Source: a virus. Taken from it: a DNA stretch of 64,000 nucleotides. Numbering within the stretch: position 1 is the first letter of the stretch; the number at the start of each line of letters is the position of its first letter. A model generated the notes under the pieces. It was not told the DNA's origin and did not search any database. It saw only the letters and a program-made list of their open reading frames with translations. The translations under genes were made by a program, and so were the position numbers. This document shows positions 11,457 through 21,435 of the stretch, piece after piece. Where the stretch lies: positions 64,001 to 128,000 of the IMG/VR virus record IMGVR_UViG_3300023184_004167, one strand, 5' to 3'.

Positions 11457-13295
11457 TTATGAAAATGTAACAGATTGGAAATTCTTAACAGACACTTTAA
11501 TATCCTTACCAGGATATCTTATTTGATACACTTGAACAGGTTCTGCAAACAATGTATCATCAACAGGTTGTATTTGTTTTGTCTCTGGGTCTGAGTATTG
11601 CATTGATGTTTGAGATGAAGAATATTGTCCTCCAACATTATTAAATACATCTATTCCTGTGACAGTAATTACACCATTTTGATTTTGTATTGTACTTTTT
11701 AATTCTGAAAGATATACATTTTGTCCAAGTTGTCTGTTTAACGGGTCAAAATAATTTGAAACATTATTTATAATATCTGATATAATTTGTCCTGAATTTT
11801 GTGTCGCTTGTAGTACAACAGAAACATTAATAGATAAATCAATAACTTGAGCAGTCATTACAGATATATAATCATTCATCATTCTATAGTTTGATAAATA
11901 ATTTGCGATATTTTGTTTTAATGTGTTAGATACAATACTTGTTAACTTTCCTGATGTATCATAAGACAATATTTGAATATCAATTTTATTATTATTTTCG
12001 GTTATTGCTACTTTGGCTGGTGCCCCGAATTGAGCTGGCATATTTCTTAATAATGCCTCATAATCTTGAATGGTAACCGCTCTTTTTTGTGCTGCGAAAT
12101 TAAATGAAACAAAGTTTCTAACTTCTTCAGTTGTTGGTGCGTTTGAACCACCAATTGCTGCCGTTACATTATTACATCTTAAAGATGCAACCACAGACGT
12201 ATTTGTTGTCTCTGATGGGCCATTAACAAAAAATGACACAGTACCTATTTGATTAATGACATTAACACCCAAGTTTGTCGCTAATCCACCACCAACTCTA
12301 TATTGAATAAACAATGTTGAGTTAGGTGTCAAAGTTGAACCCAATGAAAAGTTATTAAAATAATTTTGTAAATCTAATGTTGAGCCAATTGTTGTAAACT
12401 GATTCAAAGCATCTTGAGAAGATTTTGAACCTCCACCAAAAACCATCTTCTTGAACCCTTCTGGCGTAAATTCTGACATAAATCTAGTTCCTGTCTGAAG
12501 ATATGTACCAACTTTAATTCCAGGTTGGTCAGATACTTTAGTTGGGTCTTCAACAAAAATTCTATCTTCCGCCAATGCATCAACTTCATACCATCTATTC
12601 GCCAAACCTAAAAATTCAGCACTTGTAGGAACATTTGTAAAATCTGTTCCGTTTTTAAGTAAAACACTTGTTATACCAAGTACATTTTTTTCAGGTAAAA
12701 AAAGTTCAAAGAAAGGTCTCACATCATTTGGTGTAATAACTTTTTTAAAAATTTTTGTAATACCATTAACAACAAGTTCTCTCTTTGTTATTGTATAATT
12801 AATTAAAACACCATTTGTATTAAAATTAGGTATTTTTAATCTATTAAGAGCCCCTTGAGAATTATATGGTGATGCAAAATCAATGTCATATGCATTTTCA
12901 AAAACTTGTCCCACCCCATTAACTTGTGAACCTCTTAATAAAGTACCCAAATATCTTTCATCTTCTTTATCACCATAAGCTGGTACTGTAACTGAAAAAT
13001 CAACAAGTGAAACTGATGGACGTAATCCCGGAATCTTTAATCCGTATGTTCTGGCAATGTTATATATTGAAGACCTTTGTTGTGCGTATTGTAATACGGT
13101 TTCTTGGATACTTCTATCAATATGATAATGTAAGTTATCCGCAACAGCGGCATTTAAATCTAAAAAAACTGAAAATACAGATGCATCATTAAAATCCTGA
13201 ATTAAATCAGGGTAATATGTTCTAACATAATTAAGAAGTTCTAATCTAATCCCTTCATAATCTCTTACCGTATAAGATATTTTTCCGTTTGCCAT
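11457..13295 (-). CDS. Baseplate wedge protein (T4 gp6/P2 gpJ-like)
   Basis: N-terminal RDYEGIRLELLNY...DFNDASV...AQQRSSIYNIARTYG, plus YRVGGG and GGSNAPTTEEVR...QKRAVTIQDYE motifs typical of baseplate J/gp6; follows the gp25-like gene. Confidence 0.85.
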   Translation of the reverse strand: MANGKISYTVRDYEGIRLELLNYVRTYYPDLIQDFNDASVFSVFLDLNAAVADNLHYHIDRSIQETVLQYAQQRSSIYNIARTYGLKIPGLRPSVSLVDFSVTVPAYGDKEDERYLGTLLRGSQVNGVGQVFENAYDIDFASPYNSQGALNRLKIPNFNTNGVLINYTITKRELVVNGITKIFKKVITPNDVRPFFELFLPEKNVLGITSVLLKNGTDFTNVPTSAEFLGLANRWYEVDALAEDRIFVEDPTKVSDQPGIKVGTYLQTGTRFMSEFTPEGFKKMVFGGGSKSSQDALNQFTTIGSTLDLQNYFNNFSLGSTLTPNSTLFIQYRVGGGLATNLGVNVINQIGTVSFFVNGPSETTNTSVVASLRCNNVTAAIGGSNAPTTEEVRNFVSFNFAAQKRAVTIQDYEALLRNMPAQFGAPAKVAITENNNKIDIQILSYDTSGKLTSIVSNTLKQNIANYLSNYRMMNDYISVMTAQVIDLSINVSVVLQATQNSGQIISDIINNVSNYFDPLNRQLGQNVYLSELKSTIQNQNGVITVTGIDVFNNVGGQYSSSQTSMQYSDPETKQIQPVDDTLFAEPVQVYQIRYPGKDIKVSVKNFQSVTFS

Positions 13296-13301
13296 TTAAT
13301 A

Positions 13302-13769
13302 TTAAATATTAATAATTACAAAATCACTCTGAGCAAAAGTTGCACTATCCGTAGAGTAATCAATTTTAATTTTAGCAGTATAGTCTGCGGTTCCTTTACC
13401 TGGAACACGAAAGATATATGGAACATCATCGCTAATCGCATTACTTGGAACTGAAGGAGATTCATCTTCTATACTTGCAGGTTCAATAGTAATGTTATTA
13501 ACAAGTAAATTTGGCATAAAATTGTTAATCGCGTCCCTAATATCAGACTCAATCGCATTAAATGTTAACCCATCAAAAGGTTCAAAGATAAATTCATAAA
13601 GTCTTGTTCCAAAAGTTGGTAAATAATATCTAGAACCTTTCCTTGTTAATAACAAATGAATTAAATCAGCTCTAATCTCATCTTTTTGATATTGAGTTAA
13701 TTGTAAATAATCACCTGTTCTAGAATCTCTGAACGGAAAATTTATACCATATGTAATTCCATCTGCCAT
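13302..13769 (-). CDS. Baseplate gp25/GPW-like sheath initiator
   Basis: LIHLLLTRKGSRYYLPTFGTRLYEFIFEP is the gp25 family signature. Confidence 0.9.
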   Translation of the reverse strand: MADGITYGINFPFRDSRTGDYLQLTQYQKDEIRADLIHLLLTRKGSRYYLPTFGTRLYEFIFEPFDGLTFNAIESDIRDAINNFMPNLLVNNITIEPASIEDESPSVPSNAISDDVPYIFRVPGKGTADYTAKIKIDYSTDSATFAQSDFVIINI

Positions 13770-13789
13770 ATGTAATAAATATACTTACA

Positions 13790-13981
13790 TTATTTTTTTA
13801 TTAAAGTAGTATTTCTTTTTTGTCCTTTTGGTTCATAAGGACAATGTCTACAATTATTTCCACAACAATATCCTCTATCAATATGATATTGTTCTGTAAA
13901 GACTAATCTTGTCCCATCCATATAATAATGAGAAGGGAGAAGTTTATTATACTTCTCCCCTTCTTTATTTAATTCTTCCAT
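13790..13981 (-). CDS. Small Cys-rich protein (DUF5522-like)
   Basis: VFTEQYHIDRGYCCGNNCRHCPY motif. Confidence 0.75.
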   Translation of the reverse strand: MEELNKEGEKYNKLLPSHYYMDGTRLVFTEQYHIDRGYCCGNNCRHCPYEPKGQKRNTTLIKK

Positions 13982-13984
13982 AAA

Positions 13985-15838
13985 TTATACTATTTCACAT
14001 AATCCTCCACCACAGGCAACAGAGTCATTTAATACTGTATCATCATCCATTTCAATAATTTTAGATAAATCAACATCTTTTAATGTTTCCATTAATTTTT
14101 CATATTCATCTTTACTACAATCAGTGAAAGGTGCTTGAATATAACTACCTCCATCATAGTTTAAAACAGATAATCCATTATAATGAATTTGATTTTGCCA
14201 CATCCATTCACCTACTGCCGGCCATTCGTGTTCTCTAATTGAGATGGTTGCTGACACATTATGTGAATTACTTCCACTTCTATGTCCAGGCTTAATCCAT
14301 TCCATATGAACTTTTTTAACCCTTTCCAATAATTGGATTGGTGATTCATTTCTTAAGATTGAACCTTCTGGTGCTTTTTGTGGAATACCTATTATTGCTG
14401 TGTCGTGTGGTCTAAAATAATCATCTTCAATAAGTTCAGGATGATTATTTTTTAAATGTGTATAAATAGCTTCATTCTTTCCAACTCTAACTCTTCTGAT
14501 ATAATAATCATTATGCCAAGCATGAATACCTGATGATGTTCCAAGTGTTAATGACGTTGTTCCCGCAGGTTTAACGGTTGTTGTTCTTGCCGCTTTATTA
14601 ATTCCTAACAAATTTGCAACTCTTTCATTCTCTTCTTTAACAACTTTAGCAGCGGCTTTCATATCTAAACCTAGTACTGCACCTGAACCAATTCCTGTCA
14701 TTGAAATACCAATTAAGGCATCTTTTTCAGTTGTTCTTTGCCATATTGGCCTTAAATAATGAAAATTTGTATATCCCGCTTGAAGTGTTCCAACAAATGT
14801 CGCAGCTTTAACTCTTGATTCATAATCTTCTTGATTAATAACATTTGATACATTTATTTCCGTTAGATTACAAAATTGGAACGGACGAAGTGCAATTTCA
14901 CAACAAGGATTTGTTCCCCAATCTTTATCATTTGTTAAATAAATTCCAGGTTCACCAGCACCACTTGCCTCAATTCTTTTCCACAACTCCATAAAATATT
15001 CTTTTGTAAGTTTGTGTCTTAATAAAGCTGCTGAGTTGTTTGCTCTTCCTCTTTGTGGATTTGTTTCCCACCAAGCACCTGTCTTACAACTAATCATTTC
15101 ATCATCTGTTGCTGAGAACAAGGAAATAAGTGCCGCTCTACGAATTCCTCCTGCAAGGACAGCGTCAGCAATATGACAAACCATATCGTGAACTTCAATT
15201 GGTCTTAATTTATCACCATCTTGTTTAGAATCTAATATACCCTCAAGTTTAATTATACACTCTTTAAGTGGTTGAGGGCCTGGCGCCTTCCCACCTGATG
15301 TTACCAGTCTTGCCCCTTTTGGTCTGATATCTGAATAATCAAATTCAATCTTTGAACCTCCGAAGAAGTATGACTTAACTAATGTTTTAACAGCGTCTGC
15401 CCATCCTTCAATTGAATCCGCAACCAACCATCTTCTACTTCTTTCATTTGGTTTTCTAATTTCAGGTAATTCTTCTACGTGATGTTTTTGAACTGAATAT
15501 CCTACACCTGTTCCACCTAATAATAAGAACATAATTTCTGAGAATACTCTCCAATCATCAACAGGAGCGTATGCGCAGTTATAAATTCTATTTGGTGAAA
15601 TTTCAATTGGTTTTCCTGCAAATTGCATTGAACGCATTGATGGTAATACTTGTTTATTATAGACAAACTGATAGTTGTCTCTTATTTCTTGTTCTAGATG
15701 GGGATATGATTTAATGTGCATCTCCATATTTCTTGTTACTAGTTCGTACCAAGTTTCTCTTCTCTTTAAATCGGGGACATACTTCGCGTATTTCATATAT
15801 ACGGTGATTTCGCTAAGTATTCTGTTTGAAATTTCCAT
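13985..15838 (-). CDS. nrdJ: Class II (adenosylcobalamin-dependent) ribonucleotide reductase, monomeric RTPR type
   Basis: YNCAY, GGTGVGYSV, NPCCEI active site, TVKPAGTTS, C-terminal CGGGLCEI redox pair; no small-subunit gene adjacent. Confidence 0.9.
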   Translation of the reverse strand: MEISNRILSEITVYMKYAKYVPDLKRRETWYELVTRNMEMHIKSYPHLEQEIRDNYQFVYNKQVLPSMRSMQFAGKPIEISPNRIYNCAYAPVDDWRVFSEIMFLLLGGTGVGYSVQKHHVEELPEIRKPNERSRRWLVADSIEGWADAVKTLVKSYFFGGSKIEFDYSDIRPKGARLVTSGGKAPGPQPLKECIIKLEGILDSKQDGDKLRPIEVHDMVCHIADAVLAGGIRRAALISLFSATDDEMISCKTGAWWETNPQRGRANNSAALLRHKLTKEYFMELWKRIEASGAGEPGIYLTNDKDWGTNPCCEIALRPFQFCNLTEINVSNVINQEDYESRVKAATFVGTLQAGYTNFHYLRPIWQRTTEKDALIGISMTGIGSGAVLGLDMKAAAKVVKEENERVANLLGINKAARTTTVKPAGTTSLTLGTSSGIHAWHNDYYIRRVRVGKNEAIYTHLKNNHPELIEDDYFRPHDTAIIGIPQKAPEGSILRNESPIQLLERVKKVHMEWIKPGHRSGSNSHNVSATISIREHEWPAVGEWMWQNQIHYNGLSVLNYDGGSYIQAPFTDCSKDEYEKLMETLKDVDLSKIIEMDDDTVLNDSVACGGGLCEIV

Positions 15839-15892
15839 TTTTAGTGTTTTTTGTTTTTATAAAAAATTCGGTGATTTTTATTATAAATATAA

Positions 15893-15911
15893 GGTTGCTA
15901 TTAAAGCAACC
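15893..15911. promoter_or_regulatory. Inverted repeat directly upstream of the nrdJ promoter motif (operator or weak terminator)
   Basis: GGTTGCT-attaa-AGCAACC, a perfect 7-bp stem, next to TATTTAT at 15883-15889. Confidence 0.4.
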
Positions 15912-15966
15912 CATATTTTAGATAAAAAATAATAAGTTTTTTCAGGAAAAAGTAGATATTTAATGT

Positions 15967-17349
15967 CTAATTAATTTGTCCACCCTGCTCTCTTTGTTTC
16001 CTTTTGTCTAAGAGTTCTTTAACTCTATCTTTCTTTCTTTCCTCTTGTTGTCCTTCAAATCCTAAGAAAGTTACAGATGATTCTGTGTCTATTTCAAGTA
16101 ATTCATTATTGAATTTACAATTCTCAAATATAACCCCATCTTTACCCAATCTTGACTTTGTTATTGCAATTGTTGCCAAGTTCATTTCCTTCTGTTGTAA
16201 ACTTTTTGCTATTGATATGATTACGTGTCCAACTTGTGCTTTCTTTATTGAACCACCCATTTGGTCTGTCGTAACAACTTCAGATGAGATTGAACTTCTA
16301 TTACCTTGTGTTGCAGTCCATCCAACTAAATTAAGTTCGTGACACATCGCCTCAAATCCTCTCATAACTGAGCCTTCAGCTTTCCACTCATCTTTACTTG
16401 TTGATTCAGGTGTTACACAATCAATATAATCTAACATAACTAAATCAATCTTATTACCATCGGCAATCATTTTCCTAACCATATTCTTAATTTGAGACAT
16501 AGTATATGTGTCAGATGCAAGTTTTTGTAAAACTAATTTGTTAGACATTGAGTTTTTAATTTCCTCAACTTTAGACATAACAGTTTCTCTGTGTAGATTA
16601 AGATTGTCTGGTTCAATTCCCGTCCAAAGGGTAAAGTGTTTTCTTTGAACAATTTTTGGATTGTCCTCAAAAAAGACTTGAAGAACATTATAACCAAGAT
16701 TAAATGCTGTGTTTGCGATTTTGGTTAAGATAGTTGTCTTACCAACCCCCGTGGGAGCTAATATAACACCTATCTCACCCTTCGCCAGTCCGCCCTTAAG
16801 TAATTTATCAATTCCTGGAATACCCATTGGTATTGGGTGTCTATAGTCATCATTTAACACATCCTCTAAACCTGAGAAGATATCAGTGATTCCTGTTTGG
16901 TGTTCACCAACTTGTAAAGCCTCCCTTACCAATCCCTCAACTTTATCATAAGATTCAAAATCTCCGTCTGTAATGATTTTTTGGGCCTTTTCCATTGCCT
17001 TCTGTAATTCTTGTTGTTTACAGAATTTCAACGCTTTTTCTTGAACAAACATGCTTCCTTCAAACGGAGCATCTTTTACTTGCTTTAAGGTATCCAAAAC
17101 AATCTTTAAAACTAATTCTTGAGTAATCTCTGACTTGATTAGTTGTTCCAAAGTATCAAAAGATGGTGTTGATTCATACTTTTTATAATACTCTTTGGTT
17201 AACTGGATTATGATTTTGAAATATTTATTATCAAAATAATTTGAGTCAAGAACATCCATTATTGTGGTTGAAAATGGTTTGTCAATAACAAGTTGATTTA
17301 TCAACTGTATCTGAAATGTGTTCCCTAAATAATCAAAATTTTTCTTCAT
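15967..17349 (-). CDS. dnaB: Replicative DnaB-like (SF4) helicase
   Basis: Walker A APTGVGKTT, Walker B VMLDYID, WTATQGNR, and C-terminal KSRLG. Confidence 0.9.
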   Translation of the reverse strand: MKKNFDYLGNTFQIQLINQLVIDKPFSTTIMDVLDSNYFDNKYFKIIIQLTKEYYKKYESTPSFDTLEQLIKSEITQELVLKIVLDTLKQVKDAPFEGSMFVQEKALKFCKQQELQKAMEKAQKIITDGDFESYDKVEGLVREALQVGEHQTGITDIFSGLEDVLNDDYRHPIPMGIPGIDKLLKGGLAKGEIGVILAPTGVGKTTILTKIANTAFNLGYNVLQVFFEDNPKIVQRKHFTLWTGIEPDNLNLHRETVMSKVEEIKNSMSNKLVLQKLASDTYTMSQIKNMVRKMIADGNKIDLVMLDYIDCVTPESTSKDEWKAEGSVMRGFEAMCHELNLVGWTATQGNRSSISSEVVTTDQMGGSIKKAQVGHVIISIAKSLQQKEMNLATIAITKSRLGKDGVIFENCKFNNELLEIDTESSVTFLGFEGQQEERKKDRVKELLDKRKQREQGGQIN

Positions 17350-17382
17350 AATGTATGTTTCCCCTTTATTGATAAATATCTT

Positions 17383-17832
17383 TTAAGCCAACTGATAATC
17401 CAAATATTCATAAGATAATCTATTATCTGAAAAGATGTCAGTCAATCCTCTCAAGATTTCTTTTAAAAACGGTCTTACGTCAACCGTATAACGAACTTTC
17501 GGTGGAAACATTTTTCCGTTAAAAATTCTATGACAAATTGTCTGTTCTCCTAACTTCACATAGAGGTTAAAATTCTCAGCGTCTTCGGTGTAAGAAGTAC
17601 TCATAACCGCAGGGTCGTGAGATATTGCATCTTTGTTATCCATCATATAGATAACCGTCTTCATTTTCAAGTCATAGGTTAAACTATCCTTGATGCTCTT
17701 CATAAACTCGTAGAGTTCATATGAGTTTTTTGCTTTGGGATTAAAACCCCTCACATTAAAGAATCTCTGAACAATGATGTTATCATTCAATGTCAAAAGA
17801 AACTCCATCTTTGTGCTGTCTTGCTCTTTCAT
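17383..17832 (-). CDS. Hypothetical phage protein, 149 aa
   Basis: Tightly packed ORF between the exonuclease and helicase genes. Confidence 0.6.
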   Translation of the reverse strand: MKEQDSTKMEFLLTLNDNIIVQRFFNVRGFNPKAKNSYELYEFMKSIKDSLTYDLKMKTVIYMMDNKDAISHDPAVMSTSYTEDAENFNLYVKLGEQTICHRIFNGKMFPPKVRYTVDVRPFLKEILRGLTDIFSDNRLSYEYLDYQLA

Positions 17833-17835
17833 ATT

Positions 17836-18840
17836 TTAGTTTTTGTTGATTATTCTTTTTTCTTTCCTTGTTAATTTCAGAAATGGTTTCAGGAAGTTAA
17901 CCCAAGCATTGTCGTCTTTCGGCAAATACTTGAACAATCCGTCATCCATCATCATTTTCATTAGATTTTTATATCCCCTATCAGTGGGGTCAATTGTATC
18001 TCTATACATCTGTTCCACAAGTTCTTTTCCTTCGTCAGTTATTAATGGGTTAGATAAGTCTACAATCTTAAGGTTTGTATTATAAAACTCTTCTCCAAGT
18101 ATAGACAATTTTGATTTGCCTGTCAAAATATTTTCAATAACTTTTGGAACTTTCTTTTCTTGTCCGATAAGTCTCGCATTATCCAGTATTTCGGCAATAG
18201 TACAAGATTTAGTTTGCATTTGGGGGAATAATTTAACCAAGGTTTTTTCACCAAGTCCCTCAATACCTGAAATATTATCTGATTTGTCTCCTGTGAATAC
18301 TTTACAAAGTAATACATTTTCGTGGGGTATATCAACTTTATTGATAGATATTTTATCACCCAATTTATAATATTCTTTTTTAATTGGTGAATATATCTGA
18401 ACTTTTTCTGATATAAGTTGGGTTAAATCTTTATCAGATGATAAAATAATAATCTCTTCATTTATCGCTATTTTACAATAATGAGCTATGACATCATCTG
18501 CTTCGGTTTTATCAACCTCAACTTGTCTGACAAACACTTCCTCCAAATATTGTTTAACCCTCTGTTTTTGGGTTAAATATGACTCGTAGGACTCTTCATC
18601 CATTCCTTTCCTTCTGTTCGCTTTGTAATTTGGATATAATTGTTTTCTTACGGATGAATTTGAGTCTCCATCCCAACATATAATAACTTTATCGCTATTA
18701 TGTTCCTCAAGGAATCTACGAAGTGTATTAATGAAGTGATATATCGCACCAATGTTATTACCATCATAGTGCATTCCCTTAACCCCTGTATATCCTATTT
18801 TGTATAAATTTTCTCCGTCTACGAGTAAAGTTTTACTCAC
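17836..18840 (-). CDS. 5'-3' exonuclease/flap endonuclease (T4 RNase H or Pol I N-terminal type)
   Basis: LLVDG, YKANR, EADDVI, SSDKDLTQL, and GDKSDNISGIEGLGEKT (H3TH motif); GTG start. Confidence 0.92.
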   Translation of the reverse strand: MSKTLLVDGENLYKIGYTGVKGMHYDGNNIGAIYHFINTLRRFLEEHNSDKVIICWDGDSNSSVRKQLYPNYKANRRKGMDEESYESYLTQKQRVKQYLEEVFVRQVEVDKTEADDVIAHYCKIAINEEIIILSSDKDLTQLISEKVQIYSPIKKEYYKLGDKISINKVDIPHENVLLCKVFTGDKSDNISGIEGLGEKTLVKLFPQMQTKSCTIAEILDNARLIGQEKKVPKVIENILTGKSKLSILGEEFYNTNLKIVDLSNPLITDEGKELVEQMYRDTIDPTDRGYKNLMKMMMDDGLFKYLPKDDNAWVNFLKPFLKLTRKEKRIINKN

Positions 18841-18881
18841 TTTGTATTATTGATTGGTGATAAAATATTGTTCCTTAGTTA

Positions 18882-18910
18882 AGTATAGTTGTAATGGGGT
18901 TATAAGTCAA
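18882..18910 (-). promoter_or_regulatory. Sigma70-like promoter for the exonuclease-helicase operon
   Basis: TTGACT-N17-TATACT on the minus strand. Confidence 0.7.
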
Positions 18911-18939
18911 ATAAAAAACCCCTCTTTTAGGGAGGGGTT
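18911..18939 (-). terminator. Intrinsic terminator after the outer-membrane protein gene
   Basis: AACCCCTC-cctaaaa-GAGGGGTT followed by TTTTATTT on the minus strand. Confidence 0.8.
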
Positions 18940-18958
18940 AATCAAATCTTTTAAAATC

Positions 18959-19429
18959 TTACAAGATATACGACACACATAATGATAAATTGTTGTTTGA
19001 GTTATCAAACTGATACCAATTTATGTATTGCATATTTACAGAAAAATGTCCTTTCTCTGTTCCTACATAAGAAGTCCACATTATTCTTCTAGACACGGGA
19101 GATTCTTTATTAAAGTAAGCAACACCAGAACTAGCACCAATATAACTTGTGTTGCTAATAAAACATCTTGCACCTAACAATATCGGCACATTAGTGAAAC
19201 TAACGTCTGTATCAGTTTTAAACCTAAGATATCCTGTGTTTAGTGTTAATTTAACATTTTTTGAGTATTTGTAATTAACCTCAAAAAGAGATGAACCAAC
19301 ATCAACCTTTGTAGTTTGATAAACATTTACCGGAATTGGTGTAACGATACCGACTTTGTAATTAAAATTCTTTTGGGCGTAACTATTAAGAGTAACAAAC
19401 GCCAACAATAACAATAACATTTTTTTCAT
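18959..19429 (-). CDS. Small outer-membrane beta-barrel-like protein with a Sec signal peptide
   Basis: Signal peptide MKKMLLLLLAFVTLNSYA|Q; alternating amphipathic strands (LTLNTGYLRF, VPILLGARCF); C-terminal strand LSLCVSYIL. Confidence 0.7.
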   Translation of the reverse strand: MKKMLLLLLAFVTLNSYAQKNFNYKVGIVTPIPVNVYQTTKVDVGSSLFEVNYKYSKNVKLTLNTGYLRFKTDTDVSFTNVPILLGARCFISNTSYIGASSGVAYFNKESPVSRRIMWTSYVGTEKGHFSVNMQYINWYQFDNSNNNLSLCVSYIL

Positions 19430-19469
19430 AATTTATATATTTTTTTTAATAAATATCCAAGTTTTTAAT

Positions 19470-20465
19470 TTATTCGGTTATTTCTACTTCTTCTGTTTCA
19501 TCCAGTTTGATTTCACCATCACCGGATAATATTGCGTTCCAATATTGAGAATAATCTTTTTTATATTTTTCCAAATCTTCTTTGGTATCTTGAATATACC
19601 CATTATGAACTGCAATTATCTTACCGTCCTTATAACCAAGTCCGTTTACATGGTTTTTAAGAATAGAAACTTTAGTTCTGATTGCATAAGATACTGTTCT
19701 ACCATTCTTAGTTGCTGTAATATGATTAATACCCGCATTCTTTTGATTACCAAATAAGAATACTAAAGATGATGCCAACCATAATGCTTCACCACCCTTT
19801 GCTTTGATTGTTGGTTGTCCAAATGGATTGTCAGGTAATTCAACCCAAGGCTGATTAACAACAACCATTGAATTATAATAAGGGTAATCTTCTTTTTTTG
19901 ATTTTGATATTCTTGAATGAATCCCCATACCAATCTTATCCGCCAATGCCGATGCGTTATGCATCTTTCCACCCTTACCTTCAAATGTCATTTTACAAGG
20001 AATACTTCCCACACTATCCCATAAGAATAATAAGTTATATGGTACTTCACCCTTTTCTTGAGCATCTAATATTTGATTAATAAAATCTGTTGCCTGCTCA
20101 ATATAATCAAAGGAATCATTAAAGATAAAATCACCATCCCATTCTCCATCCGCATTTTTGGTTGCTTGCAAACCTAACTCAACAGCATGGTCCCAACTCC
20201 ATTTTTTTTCTGTTATGATAAATACAGGTAGGTGTCCCTTCTTTTGAGCATCCGCCGCAGCCAATATCATTGCAGTTGTCTTACTACTATTACTATGTCC
20301 CAAAAACATACTAATACCCCCCATTACAGGGCCTGGTATTCCACATCCATTAAAGAACGCTTCACCACAATTATAATAGTCTGTTTCTTTATATTTTGTT
20401 TTGGTTGAGAACTTGTCTTTTATTCCCCCCATTCCTCCATTGTCTTTTTTCTTAATTCCTGCCAT
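19470..20465 (-). CDS. uvsX: RecA/UvsX-like recombinase
   Basis: Walker A variant GHSNSSKTT, Walker B FLWDSVGS, VVNQPW, KAKGGEAL, ILKNHV. Confidence 0.85.
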   Translation of the reverse strand: MAGIKKKDNGGMGGIKDKFSTKTKYKETDYYNCGEAFFNGCGIPGPVMGGISMFLGHSNSSKTTAMILAAADAQKKGHLPVFIITEKKWSWDHAVELGLQATKNADGEWDGDFIFNDSFDYIEQATDFINQILDAQEKGEVPYNLLFLWDSVGSIPCKMTFEGKGGKMHNASALADKIGMGIHSRISKSKKEDYPYYNSMVVVNQPWVELPDNPFGQPTIKAKGGEALWLASSLVFLFGNQKNAGINHITATKNGRTVSYAIRTKVSILKNHVNGLGYKDGKIIAVHNGYIQDTKEDLEKYKKDYSQYWNAILSGDGEIKLDETEEVEITE

Positions 20466-20477
20466 AAGTTTGTATAT

Positions 20478-20510
20478 TAAAAAGGGTGGGGTAATTTTGT
20501 CCCCACCCTT
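20478..20510 (-). terminator. Intrinsic terminator after the SSB gene
   Basis: AAGGGTGGGG-acaaaatta-CCCCACCCTT then TTT on the minus strand. Confidence 0.75.
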
Positions 20511-20525
20511 ATCAGTTTAATTTAT

Positions 20526-21377
20526 TTAGAATGGTAATTCCGTATCGGGTTCATCATTCGCTTGTGGGTCAACATAATTTTTAGATTTTGAACTACCACC
20601 CATAGAGGTTGTAGATTCTTCATCATCACCATAAGCGTATCCACCTTTTTCGCTATCCCATTTCGGTGTCTTTCCTTGTGCAATTGCCTCAAGATATTCC
20701 ACAGGTTTTTTAGCGTAAACATCATTCCAAGTTAATGGGTCGTTAATCCACTCTTTAGCTTGTTCAGCGTCTGTGTGAACTGGAGCTGGGTCATCATACA
20801 TAACAGTTGATACTGTAGTATATTCTTTACCTTTTGGTGTTTTTGATTTAGTTAACTCTATAATCAAATCACGTCCTTTTTCAGGGTCGGTAATATCACC
20901 TTTGTTTCTCCAAATCGGAATGATTTTATCAAGGATACCATCATTTTTGTAGTTGTGTTTAAATCTCCAAAATTTTGGGCCGTCTTCTTCTTTGTCTCTG
21001 TCAATAACCTTAACAATGTAGAATTTGCGAGATTTGTATTGCTTTGCCAATTCTTTGTCAGATTCTTTTCCTGTTGACATAAGTTCTTCATAAACTTCAT
21101 TCAATGGAGAACGCTCATTTGCGTTTTTAGCTGGGTCGTAGAATTTTTGCCATTGTCCACCAACTTGGATTTCGTGATACCAAGCCTCTTTAAATGGTGA
21201 AGAACCATCTGGCGTAGGTAGGATTCTAATTCTTCTTTGTCCTGATTTTTCTTTATCACTTAATAAAAGTGCAAAATACTTCTTCATTCTTTCGTCTTGC
21301 GACATCTTGTTTTGGGCTCCGCCCGTTCCTTGCGAGGATTTTTCATACTGTGCCAATACGGCGTCTAATGCATTCAT
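20526..21377 (-). CDS. Single-stranded DNA-binding protein (T4 gp32-like)
   Basis: IRILP...PF...YH, DITDPEKGRDLII, and an acidic C-terminal tail ending DTELPF; adjacent to the recombinase gene. Confidence 0.8.
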   Translation of the reverse strand: MNALDAVLAQYEKSSQGTGGAQNKMSQDERMKKYFALLLSDKEKSGQRRIRILPTPDGSSPFKEAWYHEIQVGGQWQKFYDPAKNANERSPLNEVYEELMSTGKESDKELAKQYKSRKFYIVKVIDRDKEEDGPKFWRFKHNYKNDGILDKIIPIWRNKGDITDPEKGRDLIIELTKSKTPKGKEYTTVSTVMYDDPAPVHTDAEQAKEWINDPLTWNDVYAKKPVEYLEAIAQGKTPKWDSEKGGYAYGDDEESTTSMGGSSKSKNYVDPQANDEPDTELPF

Positions 21378-21406
21378 AAAAATTTATTTTTAATTGTTTA
21401 TACATA

Positions 21407-21435
21407 AATATAGTCATTAATTACCCTTATGTCAA
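21407..21435 (-). promoter_or_regulatory. Sigma70-like promoter for ssb/uvsX
   Basis: TTGACA-N17-TATATT on the minus strand. Confidence 0.75.

Noticed and set aside
20275-20305. Non-canonical Walker A (GHSNSSKTT) suggesting an inactive recombinase
   Set aside because: The Lys-Thr and Walker B are intact, and T4 UvsX also deviates at this Gly position.
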